DNA from: a virus | DNA: 64,000 nucleotides | Direction: 5' to 3' (one strand) | IMG/VR virus record: IMGVR_UViG_3300019776_000461 | Span: 1-64,000 of that record | In this document: in pieces, positions 10,252-19,680 of the stretch | Layout: the number at the start of each line of letters is the position of its first letter | Numbering within the stretch: the first letter of the stretch is position 1 | Position numbers and translations under genes: made by a program | Notes under the pieces: model-generated | The model's database searches: none | What the model was told of the DNA's origin: nothing | The model's input: the letters and a program-made list of their open reading frames with translations, nothing else

Positions 10252-10551
10252 ATGGCAGAGAATGTTGTTGAACAAACAAATGAAAAGGAATTTTCCCAAG
10301 AGGATATTTCTTCGGTAAAAGATTTACAAACTGGTTATGCAAGAGTTGCCGCTCAAATTGGTCAAACCGAAATTGAGTTACATTTATTAAAGCAAAGATT
10401 AGAAAAATTCACAGAGTTTAGAGGTAGACTATTTGAAGAGTATGCTAAACTACAAACACAAGAACAAGAACTAATTGATTCTTTAAATTCAAAGTATGGT
10501 GATGGCGTTTTGGATTTAGATTCTGGTAAATTTATTCCAACTAAATCTTAA
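10252..10551 (+). CDS. Small coiled-coil protein
   Basis: GAGG RBS; heptad pattern; KYGDG.LDL.SG.F C-terminus. Confidence 0.7.
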   Translation: MAENVVEQTNEKEFSQEDISSVKDLQTGYARVAAQIGQTEIELHLLKQRLEKFTEFRGRLFEEYAKLQTQEQELIDSLNSKYGDGVLDLDSGKFIPTKS

Positions 10552-10568
10552 TTTGGTTTTTTTGTTTC

Positions 10569-10576
10569 ATATTTAT
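10569..10576 (+). promoter_or_regulatory. Putative late promoter (ATATTTAT)
   Basis: Upstream of the tail sheath gene. Confidence 0.7.
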
Positions 10577-10612
10577 ATGAAGACTTAATTCTATAATTTT
10601 TTGGAGATAATA

Positions 10613-13054
10613 GTGGCTAATGAAAGAATTGTAAGTCCTGGTGTCTTTACCAACGAAAATGACCTATCGTTCCTTCAACAAGGGATAGGACAAATTGGTG
10701 CTGCACTTATTGGACCAACTTTGAAGGGACCAGCTTTCGTCCCAACACTTGTTCAAGGATACAGCGATTTTGTTACAAAATTTGGCGGTACTTACGAACA
10801 GTCATATTTACCATACACAGCAAAAAACTACTTAAATAATGCAGGTAGTGCTACAATTGTTCGTGTACTTGGTTCTGGCGGATATTCACTTAAACACCCA
10901 ATTGCTCTTGTAGCAAGTGGTTCTGGACAAGGTAAAAAATTAATATCCATGTTGCATCCAACATTTGTTGTAACAAGTGGTGATTCTACTTCATTATTTG
11001 CAAATTCAAGAGTTACATCAGCGGGTACAGGTAGTTTTGTATTAACTGTTTCTGGTGGATTTGTAACAGATACTTCTACATTCACAAACGCAACAAATGA
11101 AAACGGTACTCCTTTTAGTTCATCAATTAATCCAGAAGATAGTTCATATATCGGTGATTTATATGGTTATAATCCTTATGGAACACATGCAGTTTATAAT
11201 TACGTAAACTTCAAAAAACAAGCATCTGCTTCTTTAGCAGCAGATACAAATGTTGTTATTTCTATTGAAACTGGTTCTGCTGGTTCTCCATGGGACTTTA
11301 CAGATGATTATCTTGAAGCAACAACTCCATGGGTAACTTCTCAGAAAATAGGTGCAATAAAATCTGACTTGTTTAAGTTCCATACTTTATCACATGGTAT
11401 TCATTCCAATTATGAAGTAAAAGTTGGTATTTCAAATATACGTCCTGCTGGCACGATTGCTGGTTCTGAATACGGTGATTTCGATATTATTGTTAGATTT
11501 GTTGATCAATCTAAATTACCACAGACACCATTCAATTCACAAGACGAAGATATTCGCCCAACAATAGTTGAACAATTCAAGTGTAACCTTGATCCAAATT
11601 CTCCTAAATATATTTCAAGAGTTATTGGTGATAGATACATTACAGTTGACGATGACGGTAAAGTTATTGTAAACGGTGATTATTCTAATAAATCAAAATA
11701 TATTCGTGTAGAAACAACAGAAGCAGTAACAAACGGTGCAGTTTCTCCAAACTTAGTACCATTCGGTTTCCGTGCTCCTGTTACTCCAATACCAAGTGCA
11801 TTCACTCAACCTCCTGCTTGTTCTTATGTAACTGACCAAGTTTCTGGTGGTTCATATAACAGAAGAGTGTTCTGGGGATTCTCTTATGACTTCTCTAACA
11901 CAGATAACTTTAATTACTTACGTCCATTACCAATTGCAGCAAATCAATCAACTGGCTCTAACGTAGATTTCTACTTAGGTGACTATTCTCAAAATGCTGC
12001 AGCTAATTTCCCATCATCTGCAACAGCTTATACTGGGTATATTGACTTAACTACAAATACTGCTCTTGATTCACGTAAATTTATGTTACCGTTCCAAGGT
12101 GGATTTGATGGCCATAAGCCAAACTTACAAAAGAAATTGGGTTCTTATATATTAGCAGGTAACACACAAGGCTTTGATATTTCATCAAACTCTTCAGCTG
12201 GTTACACTTCTTATAAGAAAGCAGTTGATGCTATTTCTAATGCAGATGAATTTGATATTAACTTAGTTGTAACACCAGGTGTTCTTCATTCAGTTCACTC
12301 TGCAATTACAACACACGTAATTGATGTTTGTGAAGACCGTGGTGATTGTTTCTTTGTAATGGATAACTCACAAATTTCTGATAACATTGCAACAGCGGTA
12401 TCTGCACTCGAAGGTTTAGATACAAACTATGCAGCAACATATTATCCTTGGGTTAAAATTCTTGATTTCGATAGAAACAAACCAGTCTGGGTTCCACCTT
12501 CAGTAGTTCTTCCTGGTGTAATAGCATTCAATGACCGTGTGTCTGCTGAATGGTTTGCTCCTGCAGGTTTGAATCGTGGTGGTTTAACAGAAGTTGTTGA
12601 AGTTAAAACAAGATTAACACACGCAGAACGTGACACATTATATGAAGGTCGTATTAATCCTATCGCAGTATTCCCATCAACTGGTGTATGTGTATGGGGA
12701 CAAAAGACACTTCAAGGTCGTCCATCTGCTCTTGACCGTATTAATGTTCGTCGTTTGTTAATTGCAGCTAAGAAGTACATTGCTTCTTCTACAAGATACT
12801 TAGTGTTTGAACAAAACACATCACAAACAAGAACTCGCTTCTTGAACATCGTGAACCCATATCTTGAGTCAATACAACAACGTCAAGGTTTATACGCATT
12901 CCGTGTTATCATGGATGAAAGCAACAACACACCTGATATTATAGATCGTAACATATTGTACGGACAATTGTTCTTACAACCTGCAAAAACTGCTGAATTC
13001 ATTATTCTTGATTTCAACATTCAATCAACAGGTGCTGCGTTCCCAGGTGCTTAA
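10613..13054 (+). CDS. Tail sheath protein (gp18-like)
   Basis: SPGV..E.D, WFAPAGLNRG, INPI, WGQKTL, RINVRRL, AEFI. GTG start at 10613 with GGAG RBS. Confidence 0.95.
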   Translation: MANERIVSPGVFTNENDLSFLQQGIGQIGAALIGPTLKGPAFVPTLVQGYSDFVTKFGGTYEQSYLPYTAKNYLNNAGSATIVRVLGSGGYSLKHPIALVASGSGQGKKLISMLHPTFVVTSGDSTSLFANSRVTSAGTGSFVLTVSGGFVTDTSTFTNATNENGTPFSSSINPEDSSYIGDLYGYNPYGTHAVYNYVNFKKQASASLAADTNVVISIETGSAGSPWDFTDDYLEATTPWVTSQKIGAIKSDLFKFHTLSHGIHSNYEVKVGISNIRPAGTIAGSEYGDFDIIVRFVDQSKLPQTPFNSQDEDIRPTIVEQFKCNLDPNSPKYISRVIGDRYITVDDDGKVIVNGDYSNKSKYIRVETTEAVTNGAVSPNLVPFGFRAPVTPIPSAFTQPPACSYVTDQVSGGSYNRRVFWGFSYDFSNTDNFNYLRPLPIAANQSTGSNVDFYLGDYSQNAAANFPSSATAYTGYIDLTTNTALDSRKFMLPFQGGFDGHKPNLQKKLGSYILAGNTQGFDISSNSSAGYTSYKKAVDAISNADEFDINLVVTPGVLHSVHSAITTHVIDVCEDRGDCFFVMDNSQISDNIATAVSALEGLDTNYAATYYPWVKILDFDRNKPVWVPPSVVLPGVIAFNDRVSAEWFAPAGLNRGGLTEVVEVKTRLTHAERDTLYEGRINPIAVFPSTGVCVWGQKTLQGRPSALDRINVRRLLIAAKKYIASSTRYLVFEQNTSQTRTRFLNIVNPYLESIQQRQGLYAFRVIMDESNNTPDIIDRNILYGQLFLQPAKTAEFIILDFNIQSTGAAFPGA

Positions 13055-13067
13055 TTAAATTAAAAAA

Positions 13068-13098
13068 GGGGAGATGAAATACTCTCCCCACTTTTTTT
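13068..13098 (+). terminator. Rho-independent terminator
   Basis: GGGGAGA-loop-TCTCCCC followed by a T-run. Confidence 0.75.
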
Positions 13099-13107
13099 GA
13101 AATTGAT

Positions 13108-13115
13108 ATATTTAT
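13108..13115 (+). promoter_or_regulatory. Putative late promoter (ATATTTAT)
   Basis: Upstream of the tail tube gene. Confidence 0.7.
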
Positions 13116-13148
13116 ACTTAAAAGGATATTTTAAAATTGGAGATATAA

Positions 13149-13637
13149 ATGGCTGAATTACTTGACCCCACGGAAATATTTTTTACCCCGTTTGAGCCAA
13201 AGTTACAAAACCGATTTATTTTGTACATTGAGGGTGTTCCTGCTTATTTAGTGAAAGGTGCTGGCAGACCTAACATCAGCTTTAACCCTATCACTCTCGA
13301 TCACATTAATATTAAACGTAAAGTAAAAGGTAAGGGCGAATGGCAAGATATTTCTATTAAATTATATGACCCTATTGTTCCTTCTGCTGCACAAGCAGTA
13401 ATGGAATGGGTTCGTTTATCACACGAATCTGTAACAGGCCGTGATGGTTACTCTGACTTCTACAAGAAAGATTTAACACTTCATGTACTTGGTCCAGTTG
13501 GTGATAAGATTGAAGAATGGACTATTAAAGGTGCATTTATCACCGCAACTACATTTGGTGATATGGATTGGGCAAACGATGCATTTGTTGAGATTTCTCT
13601 AACATTAGCATACGATTACGCTATCCTTCAATACTAA
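13149..13637 (+). CDS. Tail tube protein (gp19-like)
   Basis: EPKLQNRF, KGKGEW..I.I.LYD, YKKD, EEW.IKGAF, LAYDYA; follows the sheath. Confidence 0.9.
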   Translation: MAELLDPTEIFFTPFEPKLQNRFILYIEGVPAYLVKGAGRPNISFNPITLDHINIKRKVKGKGEWQDISIKLYDPIVPSAAQAVMEWVRLSHESVTGRDGYSDFYKKDLTLHVLGPVGDKIEEWTIKGAFITATTFGDMDWANDAFVEISLTLAYDYAILQY

Positions 13638-13663
13638 TTTAATATTAGAACTAAAAGAAATTA

Positions 13664-13708
13664 CCCCATATTTATTAATAGAAATATTAGTGAATATGGG
13701 GATTTTTT
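13664..13708 (+). terminator. Long hairpin terminator with an ATATTTAT late-promoter motif in its 5' arm
   Basis: CCCCATATTTATTAATA-gaaa-TATTAGTGAATATGGGG followed by ATTTTTT. Confidence 0.7.
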
Positions 13709-13942
13709 ATCAAACACTTTTGTAGTTTACATAAAGACTCCATTGCAACCATTGTATATTATGGAAGCAATACACCATTCATCCGACGTTTACAAGAACT
13801 CGGATTAATTGTTGGTACAACATTTACTGTTATTAGAAAAGCACCGTTTGGTGGACCAATTGAAATTCATTACGGTTATACAAGATTGGCAATTAGACCA
13901 GACCCAAAAGTAGATATTATTATGGTTGATGAAGAATGGTAG
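13709..13942 (+). CDS. feoA: FeoA-family (SH3-like) protein, absent from the ORF track; start codon uncertain
   Basis: Manual translation: IKHFCSLHKDSIATIVYYGSNTPFIRRLQELGLIVGTTFTVIRKAPFGGPIEIHYGYTRLAIRPDPKVDIIMVDEEW*. This matches FeoA RRL.ELGL..G....V.R.APFG.PIEI. No in-frame ATG/GTG/TTG precedes the domain. Confidence 0.75.
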   Translation: MKHFCSLHKDSIATIVYYGSNTPFIRRLQELGLIVGTTFTVIRKAPFGGPIEIHYGYTRLAIRPDPKVDIIMVDEEW

Positions 13943-13958
13943 TTTTTCTAAGTTAATC

Positions 13959-13966
13959 ATATTTAT
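13959..13966 (+). promoter_or_regulatory. Putative late promoter (ATATTTAT)
   Basis: Upstream of the tail chaperone gene. Confidence 0.65.
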
Positions 13967-14011
13967 AAGTGTATAAAAATTGTTTTATTATGAATTGTTA
14001 TAGGATTAGTT

Positions 14012-14878
14012 ATGACTAAAATTCCAACCGGCTACGATGTTGGTCAACAAGAAATTACTTCTGATGCTGACATTAAAGCCCAATTACTATCTGAGCATAG
14101 AGTTTCAGATGTTAAACGTACAAACTTTCCAACTGAAATTATCCCTTTACCTTCAAAAGGTCTTATATATCCGTTAGGTCATCCACTTGAAAGTGGCGTG
14201 ATTGAAATGAAGTATATGACTGCGAGGGAAGAAGATATTTTAACATCACAGAACCTTATTAAACAAGGTGTTGTGTTAGACAAATTGTTTGAGTCTTTGA
14301 TTGTTACTCCTGTTAATTATAACGATTTATATATGGGTGACAAGAACGCAATTATGGTTGCAGCGAGAATATTGGGTTACGGTAAAGATTATCAAGTCGA
14401 AGTTGATGACCCATTCTCTCCTGGAACAAAACAAAAAGTAACAATAGATTTAACTCAAATTGAGCACAAGGAGGTCGATTACAGCTTATTTGAGAGGAGA
14501 GTAAACGAATTTGATTACGAACTACCTAATTCAAAACGAGTAGTAACATTTCGTTTAATGACTCACGCTTTGGAGAAAGACATCCAAGCAGAATTAAAAA
14601 CAATGAATAAGACATTAGTAAGAACTGGAATTGACAAGGAACTTACAACAAGACTCAAACATATTATTACTTCCGTAGACGGTGAAAGTGGTAGAGCAAC
14701 GGTAAATAATTTTGTGGATAACGAACTATTTGCAGCAGATTCACGTGCTTTAAGACAATATATTAAATCAATATCACCTGACCTTGATTTAACATACACT
14801 TTTATTTCAGATGCAACTGGTGAGGTGAAGGAGTTAGAAATACCTATGGGTGTTTCATTTTTTTGGCCTGGGAACTGA
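14012..14878 (+). CDS. Baseplate hub assembly / tail assembly chaperone (gp26-like)
   Basis: LPSKG..Y, MTAREEDIL, AARILGYG, FFWP end; lies between tube and tape measure. Confidence 0.75.
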   Translation: MTKIPTGYDVGQQEITSDADIKAQLLSEHRVSDVKRTNFPTEIIPLPSKGLIYPLGHPLESGVIEMKYMTAREEDILTSQNLIKQGVVLDKLFESLIVTPVNYNDLYMGDKNAIMVAARILGYGKDYQVEVDDPFSPGTKQKVTIDLTQIEHKEVDYSLFERRVNEFDYELPNSKRVVTFRLMTHALEKDIQAELKTMNKTLVRTGIDKELTTRLKHIITSVDGESGRATVNNFVDNELFAADSRALRQYIKSISPDLDLTYTFISDATGEVKELEIPMGVSFFWPGN

Positions 14879-15086
14879 TTATAAAATAGGTTTACACGAA
14901 GAGTTATTTGTGTTATGTTATAGAGGACAGGGCGGGTGGACATGGAGTGAAGTTTATGATTTACCAATACACCTTAGAAGATTCTATATAAAACAAGTTG
15001 CTAAAGCAGTTGAAGAGCACAATAAACAATATGAAGAGCCAAATAAATCTAAATCTCCAGCAATGCCTACATTTAGACCGAAATAA
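14850..15086 (+). CDS. Small tail-assembly chaperone partner (gp51-like or G-T extension), probably reached by frameshift
   Basis: Overlaps the upstream gene in the +1 frame across a T7 run; WTWSEVYDLPIHLRRFY motif. Confidence 0.6.
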   Translation: MFHFFGLGTDYKIGLHEELFVLCYRGQGGWTWSEVYDLPIHLRRFYIKQVAKAVEEHNKQYEEPNKSKSPAMPTFRPK

Positions 15087-15088
15087 TC

Positions 15089-15120
15089 AAAGTCCGTATA
15101 TTTATCTATACGGACTTTTT
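15089..15120 (+). terminator. Hairpin terminator overlapping a late-promoter motif
   Basis: AAAGTCCGTATA-tttatc-TATACGGACTTT plus Ts; ATATTTAT at 15098-15105. Confidence 0.75.
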
Positions 15121-15138
15121 GTTTAATTAAACTGTGAC

Positions 15139-18100
15139 ATGATGGCTAAAGAAGACAAGAAAGAATCAGAAGAGTTACGTGACCTCCGCAGACAAGAAGC
15201 AGAAATCACGCGTGAAATTATTGACCTTAGAGAAAAACTCGTTGAATTATCTAAATCAGATAGTATCAATTTACGAGAGGTTCAGAAGGTTCAAGAAAGT
15301 CTATTGGGCTTAGAAAAGCAAAAGCAAGGAGTTCAGGGAGAGATATATAATCAATACGGTGAAATACTTAAAAGTGAACAAAATCATTTAGATAGTGTTA
15401 GACAAATAGTAGAGACACAAGAAGAGCTAAAAGATTTAACAGAAGAAACAAACGAGGAATATAGAAAATCTCGTGCTGTTAAAATGGAACTTCTTGATCT
15501 TGAAGATGAACTTAAAACAAAATATGATGATTTGCAAAAGGGCGTTGCTGGCAACATTGTAAATACAAAAGAATGGCAATTTGCATCTGATTTAGTGGCT
15601 CAAACAACAGCAGCAATAGAAGAACGTGTACATGGTTCAAGTAAAGAAATGATTGCGTTGGGTGATGCAACTCGTAAAAATCTTTATACTAATATTGATT
15701 TAGTTGATACGTTACAAGATATGGATGCTTCTTCAAAAGCAGTTCGTGAAGGTAAGTTTATTGAGTTGAGTGCTTACCGTGAAGAATTGGGATTGAAAAA
15801 AACAGGCAGAATGCTTGATATGTTAAGAGAAGATTTTGAGCGTGGTTCAATAAAAGATGCTCAAGGTAAAACTAAATATTCTCAACAAGATTTAGAATTC
15901 ATTCAAAAGCAAATTGGTATATATGAAAACCAACAAGATGCATTACAAACTATGGTTGATCTTAAACAAAAAGCAAATGTTGAAAATAAAGAAGAAGCAA
16001 AAAAGCAAGCTGAGATTATAGAAAGAACAGACAGAATAAAAGATACAATAGGGACAACTAAATTTGGAGCAATATTCGATGGTGTTGAGGGTGCAATAAA
16101 GAAAATACCTGGCGGCTCTACACTTGTTAAAGCACTCGGATTTGATAAATTTAAGAAGACTATACAAGAAAATCTTGGTGGTGCATTAACCAAAGTAGTT
16201 GTTGGGTTTCAAGGTGGATTTGCTAATGGTATGAAAGCGGCAGGGCAAGCTGTAATGGGACTTGGCAAAACATTATTGATGGGACCACAAGCAGTTATAT
16301 TCGGATTACTTGCAGCAGTAGGTGCTCTTGCAGCATTGTTTGTATCATTGGACGGTGGAGTATCTGAGGTTCAAAAAGAACTCGGTGGAACAAAAAAAGA
16401 AGCACTTGCAGCGCATGAAGCAGCACATGACATGGCTCATGAAATGGGACTTGTTGGTGTAAATACAGAACAAGTAGTTAAAGGGATGAAAACTGTATCG
16501 AATATCATGGGTGGTATTGATGTTAAGAAAATGATGAAAATTCCAAGTATGGCTAACACAGTTCAAGACGCAACTTTGTTAAGTGAAAAATTTGGATTAG
16601 CTGAGGATGAAATTGCAAATGTTCATTCTCTTTCGATAATGAGTGGTAAATCAATGGCAACTCTATCTGGCGAAGCAATTAAAGTTGCGGGTGGAGTTAT
16701 GAGTTCTAAGAATGCTGTTAAACTTCTTGCTGGTATTTCAAAAGAAGTCGCAGTAGCATTCAAAGGTACTACAAAAGAACTTATCGCTGCAGCAGCAAAA
16801 GCCAAATTGTTGGGTACAGACTTAAAGGCAATTCAAAATTCTGGCATGGGGATGTTAGATATTGAATCTTCACTTGCAAAAGAAATGGAAGCGAGGGTTC
16901 TTCTTGGTAGAAATATTAATTTAGATAATGCAAGAGCCGCAGCATTGAATGGTGATGTTGCAACGCTTCAAGAAGAAATTCTAAAAAATGCAGGTAGTCT
17001 TGACCAGTTTCAAAAGTCAGGTCCATTGAAACAAAAAGCACTTGCAGATGCAATGAATATGAGTGTTGAAGAAATGACTACTATGTTGACTAAAGCAGAG
17101 GAAATGAAGACACTTGGATTGGATAAACAACTACAAGAGAATTTAGCAAATGCAACTGCCGAAGAACGTTCTAAGATATATGCCACCCAAGCAGAAAAAT
17201 TAAAGAAACAAGGTAACGAAAAAGCAGCACAATTAGCTTATGAAAAAGCAGCACAGGAAGAACAAGCAAGTGCTGCAGAAAAGTTTGGTGATATTATGAC
17301 CAAAGTAAAAGAAATTCTCACTAAGTTGGCAACTCCTATACTCGAAATGGTTCATGGTTTACTTGAGGGTGCAAGTGCAGGTGGTGGTATGATGGAAGTG
17401 TTTGATGATGTAGTTCATTCTATAAAACCAATTGTAACTATACTTGTTGGTATTGTTAAAATAATTTTAGGTGGTTTGATTCCTGCATTCAAATTCACAT
17501 TTGGTATTATATCCATGCTCATTAAACCACTTTCATGGATTGCTTCATTATTTGGTAGTGTAGAAGAAAAAACAGACAAGGTTGAAAAAACTGTGAAGGG
17601 TGTAACCGATGGTGTACATAAAGTAACTAAACCAGTTAAAGAAGTAGAATCAGGATTTGGTGGTGTTCTAAAGTTGGTTGGATTAATAGGTGCAGCTTTT
17701 GCAGGTAAAGCATTGATTGGAAAAGGGTTAGACTTAGTTAAAGATAAAGCGGTGGATTTAGGTAAAACATTGATGGGTAAAGTTGGTGGTGTTGCAAGTA
17801 AAGTCACGGGAAAAATAGGCGGAAAGATGGGTGGATTTGCAGGAAAGGCATTGGGTAAACTCACAGGTAAAGGTGCAGCATCAGTAGCATCTGTTGGTGG
17901 TGGTGATGCCACAAGTAAAATGTTAGATACACAGTCTGCTTCTCTTGATAAAACAAATAAATTAGCAGACGGTGCTAAATCGGTTGGAAGTAAAATTGCA
18001 GACTTTGGTAAAGGATTAGGTAGTGCTATAAAATCAATCGGGAAAGGTGTTGGTGCTGCATTTGAAGCGATACTAAAAGGACTGGGTAAAGGATTAGAAG

Positions 18101-19638
18101 GATTAGGTCAATCATTGGCAACTATGACTCCTATTGGTCCAGTTGCCGTTGCAGTTGGTTTATTCTTTCTTGCATTGGGTGCTTCACTACTTATGGCCAC
18201 ACCTGCATTAAAAGCAATTGCTCCTGTATTGATGAAGTTTGCCGAAGTTATCGGTGGAGTATTGGTTGCTGCCATTCAAGAAGCAGGTCCAATAATACAA
18301 AAAGTAATAGAAACAGTCGGTGTAGTTTTAACCGCTTTTATGCCAGTATTGATTAGAGTTGCTGAAGTTCTTGGTACAGTATTTATTGCCGCAATAAAAG
18401 AAATTGGTCCAATTGTAAAAACTGTGTTTGAGGGTATTGCAACAGTAATGAGTACGATAGGTCAGCAGATAGTTGATATAGTAAATGCCATTGGTGATAA
18501 TATTATAAAAATAGTCGATAAACTTATGGCTATAACTGGAATTGATCCATTAAGATTAATGGCAATTGCAGGGGGTATAGTTATGTTGGGAGTTGCTCTT
18601 GCAGGATTCGGTGCAGGTTCGGGTGCAGGTGCATTATTTGATGGTCTTGGTAAATTAGTCGGTGGTGATAGTCCAATAGACCAATTAATAAAAATTTTAG
18701 ATAAGGTTGACCCAAAAACAATAGGTGCTGTTGTTGCTGGTATTGCAGGTATCGGTGCTGCTATGAAAACCATGGCAGAACATTTGGGTAGTATTGATGC
18801 AAGTAAACTAGAAGAATTTGGTAATGCATTAAGTGGGTTGATGAAAAACATGGGTGGCGGACTTGCGGAAGGACTTAGTAGTTTAACAGGCGGTAAAAGT
18901 CCATTAGAGCAAATGAGTGAACTCGTAACCAAGTTAAATCCAGAAAAAATATCAGGTGCAGCAAAAGCATTTACTCAAATATCAGATTCACTAAAAAAAC
19001 TTTCCGATACTATTTCAAATCTTGATGTTGATAAATTATCTAAAGTTATGGATAAAGTTGGTGGTGGTGGAGGTGGAAGTGTTTCTAAAGTAGTTGGTTC
19101 TATCATGGGAGGAATAACTTCATTCTTTGGTGGTGGTGCTGAAGAAAAGAAACCTACAACTGCAACTGCATCCACAGGTGGTGGAATACTATCAAGTTTA
19201 TTTGGTGGTGGTGAGGAAAAGAAAACTACAACTGCTGTTGCAGCTGCTGGTGGAATGTTATCGAGTGTTGGTGGTAGTGGTGAGTCTAAACCAAAGTCCG
19301 CAGCAGAAAAAGCAAACGAATATACATCAAAACCAACAACCGCAACAATGAAAAGTATACCACAAACTACTACACCAGCTACAACAGCAGCACCACCAAC
19401 AGTTACAGGTGGAACTCCTGGTGGAACTCCTGGTGGAGCACCTAGTAAAGCTAAGGGTGGTGAAGGAGATGGTTTAGGTGCAAAATTAGATAGATTAATT
19501 TCTATAATGGAAAGTATGGCAAGTCAACCAACTATAATAAAGTTCGGTGAAAAAACAGTTGAAGAGATACAAGGTAAAATTGATTTCAAAAAAGCGTATA
19601 ATATAGCAATCGATAATACATACGGCCGTAGAATTTAA
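15139..19638 (+). CDS. Tape measure protein
   Basis: 1499 aa; coiled-coil N-terminus; Ala/Gly-rich amphipathic repeats and hydrophobic stretches; follows the chaperones. Confidence 0.85.
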   Translation: MMAKEDKKESEELRDLRRQEAEITREIIDLREKLVELSKSDSINLREVQKVQESLLGLEKQKQGVQGEIYNQYGEILKSEQNHLDSVRQIVETQEELKDLTEETNEEYRKSRAVKMELLDLEDELKTKYDDLQKGVAGNIVNTKEWQFASDLVAQTTAAIEERVHGSSKEMIALGDATRKNLYTNIDLVDTLQDMDASSKAVREGKFIELSAYREELGLKKTGRMLDMLREDFERGSIKDAQGKTKYSQQDLEFIQKQIGIYENQQDALQTMVDLKQKANVENKEEAKKQAEIIERTDRIKDTIGTTKFGAIFDGVEGAIKKIPGGSTLVKALGFDKFKKTIQENLGGALTKVVVGFQGGFANGMKAAGQAVMGLGKTLLMGPQAVIFGLLAAVGALAALFVSLDGGVSEVQKELGGTKKEALAAHEAAHDMAHEMGLVGVNTEQVVKGMKTVSNIMGGIDVKKMMKIPSMANTVQDATLLSEKFGLAEDEIANVHSLSIMSGKSMATLSGEAIKVAGGVMSSKNAVKLLAGISKEVAVAFKGTTKELIAAAAKAKLLGTDLKAIQNSGMGMLDIESSLAKEMEARVLLGRNINLDNARAAALNGDVATLQEEILKNAGSLDQFQKSGPLKQKALADAMNMSVEEMTTMLTKAEEMKTLGLDKQLQENLANATAEERSKIYATQAEKLKKQGNEKAAQLAYEKAAQEEQASAAEKFGDIMTKVKEILTKLATPILEMVHGLLEGASAGGGMMEVFDDVVHSIKPIVTILVGIVKIILGGLIPAFKFTFGIISMLIKPLSWIASLFGSVEEKTDKVEKTVKGVTDGVHKVTKPVKEVESGFGGVLKLVGLIGAAFAGKALIGKGLDLVKDKAVDLGKTLMGKVGGVASKVTGKIGGKMGGFAGKALGKLTGKGAASVASVGGGDATSKMLDTQSASLDKTNKLADGAKSVGSKIADFGKGLGSAIKSIGKGVGAAFEAILKGLGKGLEGLGQSLATMTPIGPVAVAVGLFFLALGASLLMATPALKAIAPVLMKFAEVIGGVLVAAIQEAGPIIQKVIETVGVVLTAFMPVLIRVAEVLGTVFIAAIKEIGPIVKTVFEGIATVMSTIGQQIVDIVNAIGDNIIKIVDKLMAITGIDPLRLMAIAGGIVMLGVALAGFGAGSGAGALFDGLGKLVGGDSPIDQLIKILDKVDPKTIGAVVAGIAGIGAAMKTMAEHLGSIDASKLEEFGNALSGLMKNMGGGLAEGLSSLTGGKSPLEQMSELVTKLNPEKISGAAKAFTQISDSLKKLSDTISNLDVDKLSKVMDKVGGGGGGSVSKVVGSIMGGITSFFGGGAEEKKPTTATASTGGGILSSLFGGGEEKKTTTAVAAAGGMLSSVGGSGESKPKSAAEKANEYTSKPTTATMKSIPQTTTPATTAAPPTVTGGTPGGTPGGAPSKAKGGEGDGLGAKLDRLISIMESMASQPTIIKFGEKTVEEIQGKIDFKKAYNIAIDNTYGRRI

Positions 19639-19654
19639 TAATCTACTTAGAGTT

Positions 19655-19662
19655 ATATTTAT
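19655..19662 (+). promoter_or_regulatory. Putative late promoter (ATATTTAT)
   Basis: Intergenic motif. Confidence 0.65.
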
Positions 19663-19680
19663 ATGAAATAATTAGGATAC

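Noticed and set aside
19408-19443. GGTGGAACTCCT tandem repeat in the tape measure gene
   Set aside because: A short low-complexity GGTP linker expansion with no sign of a separate function.
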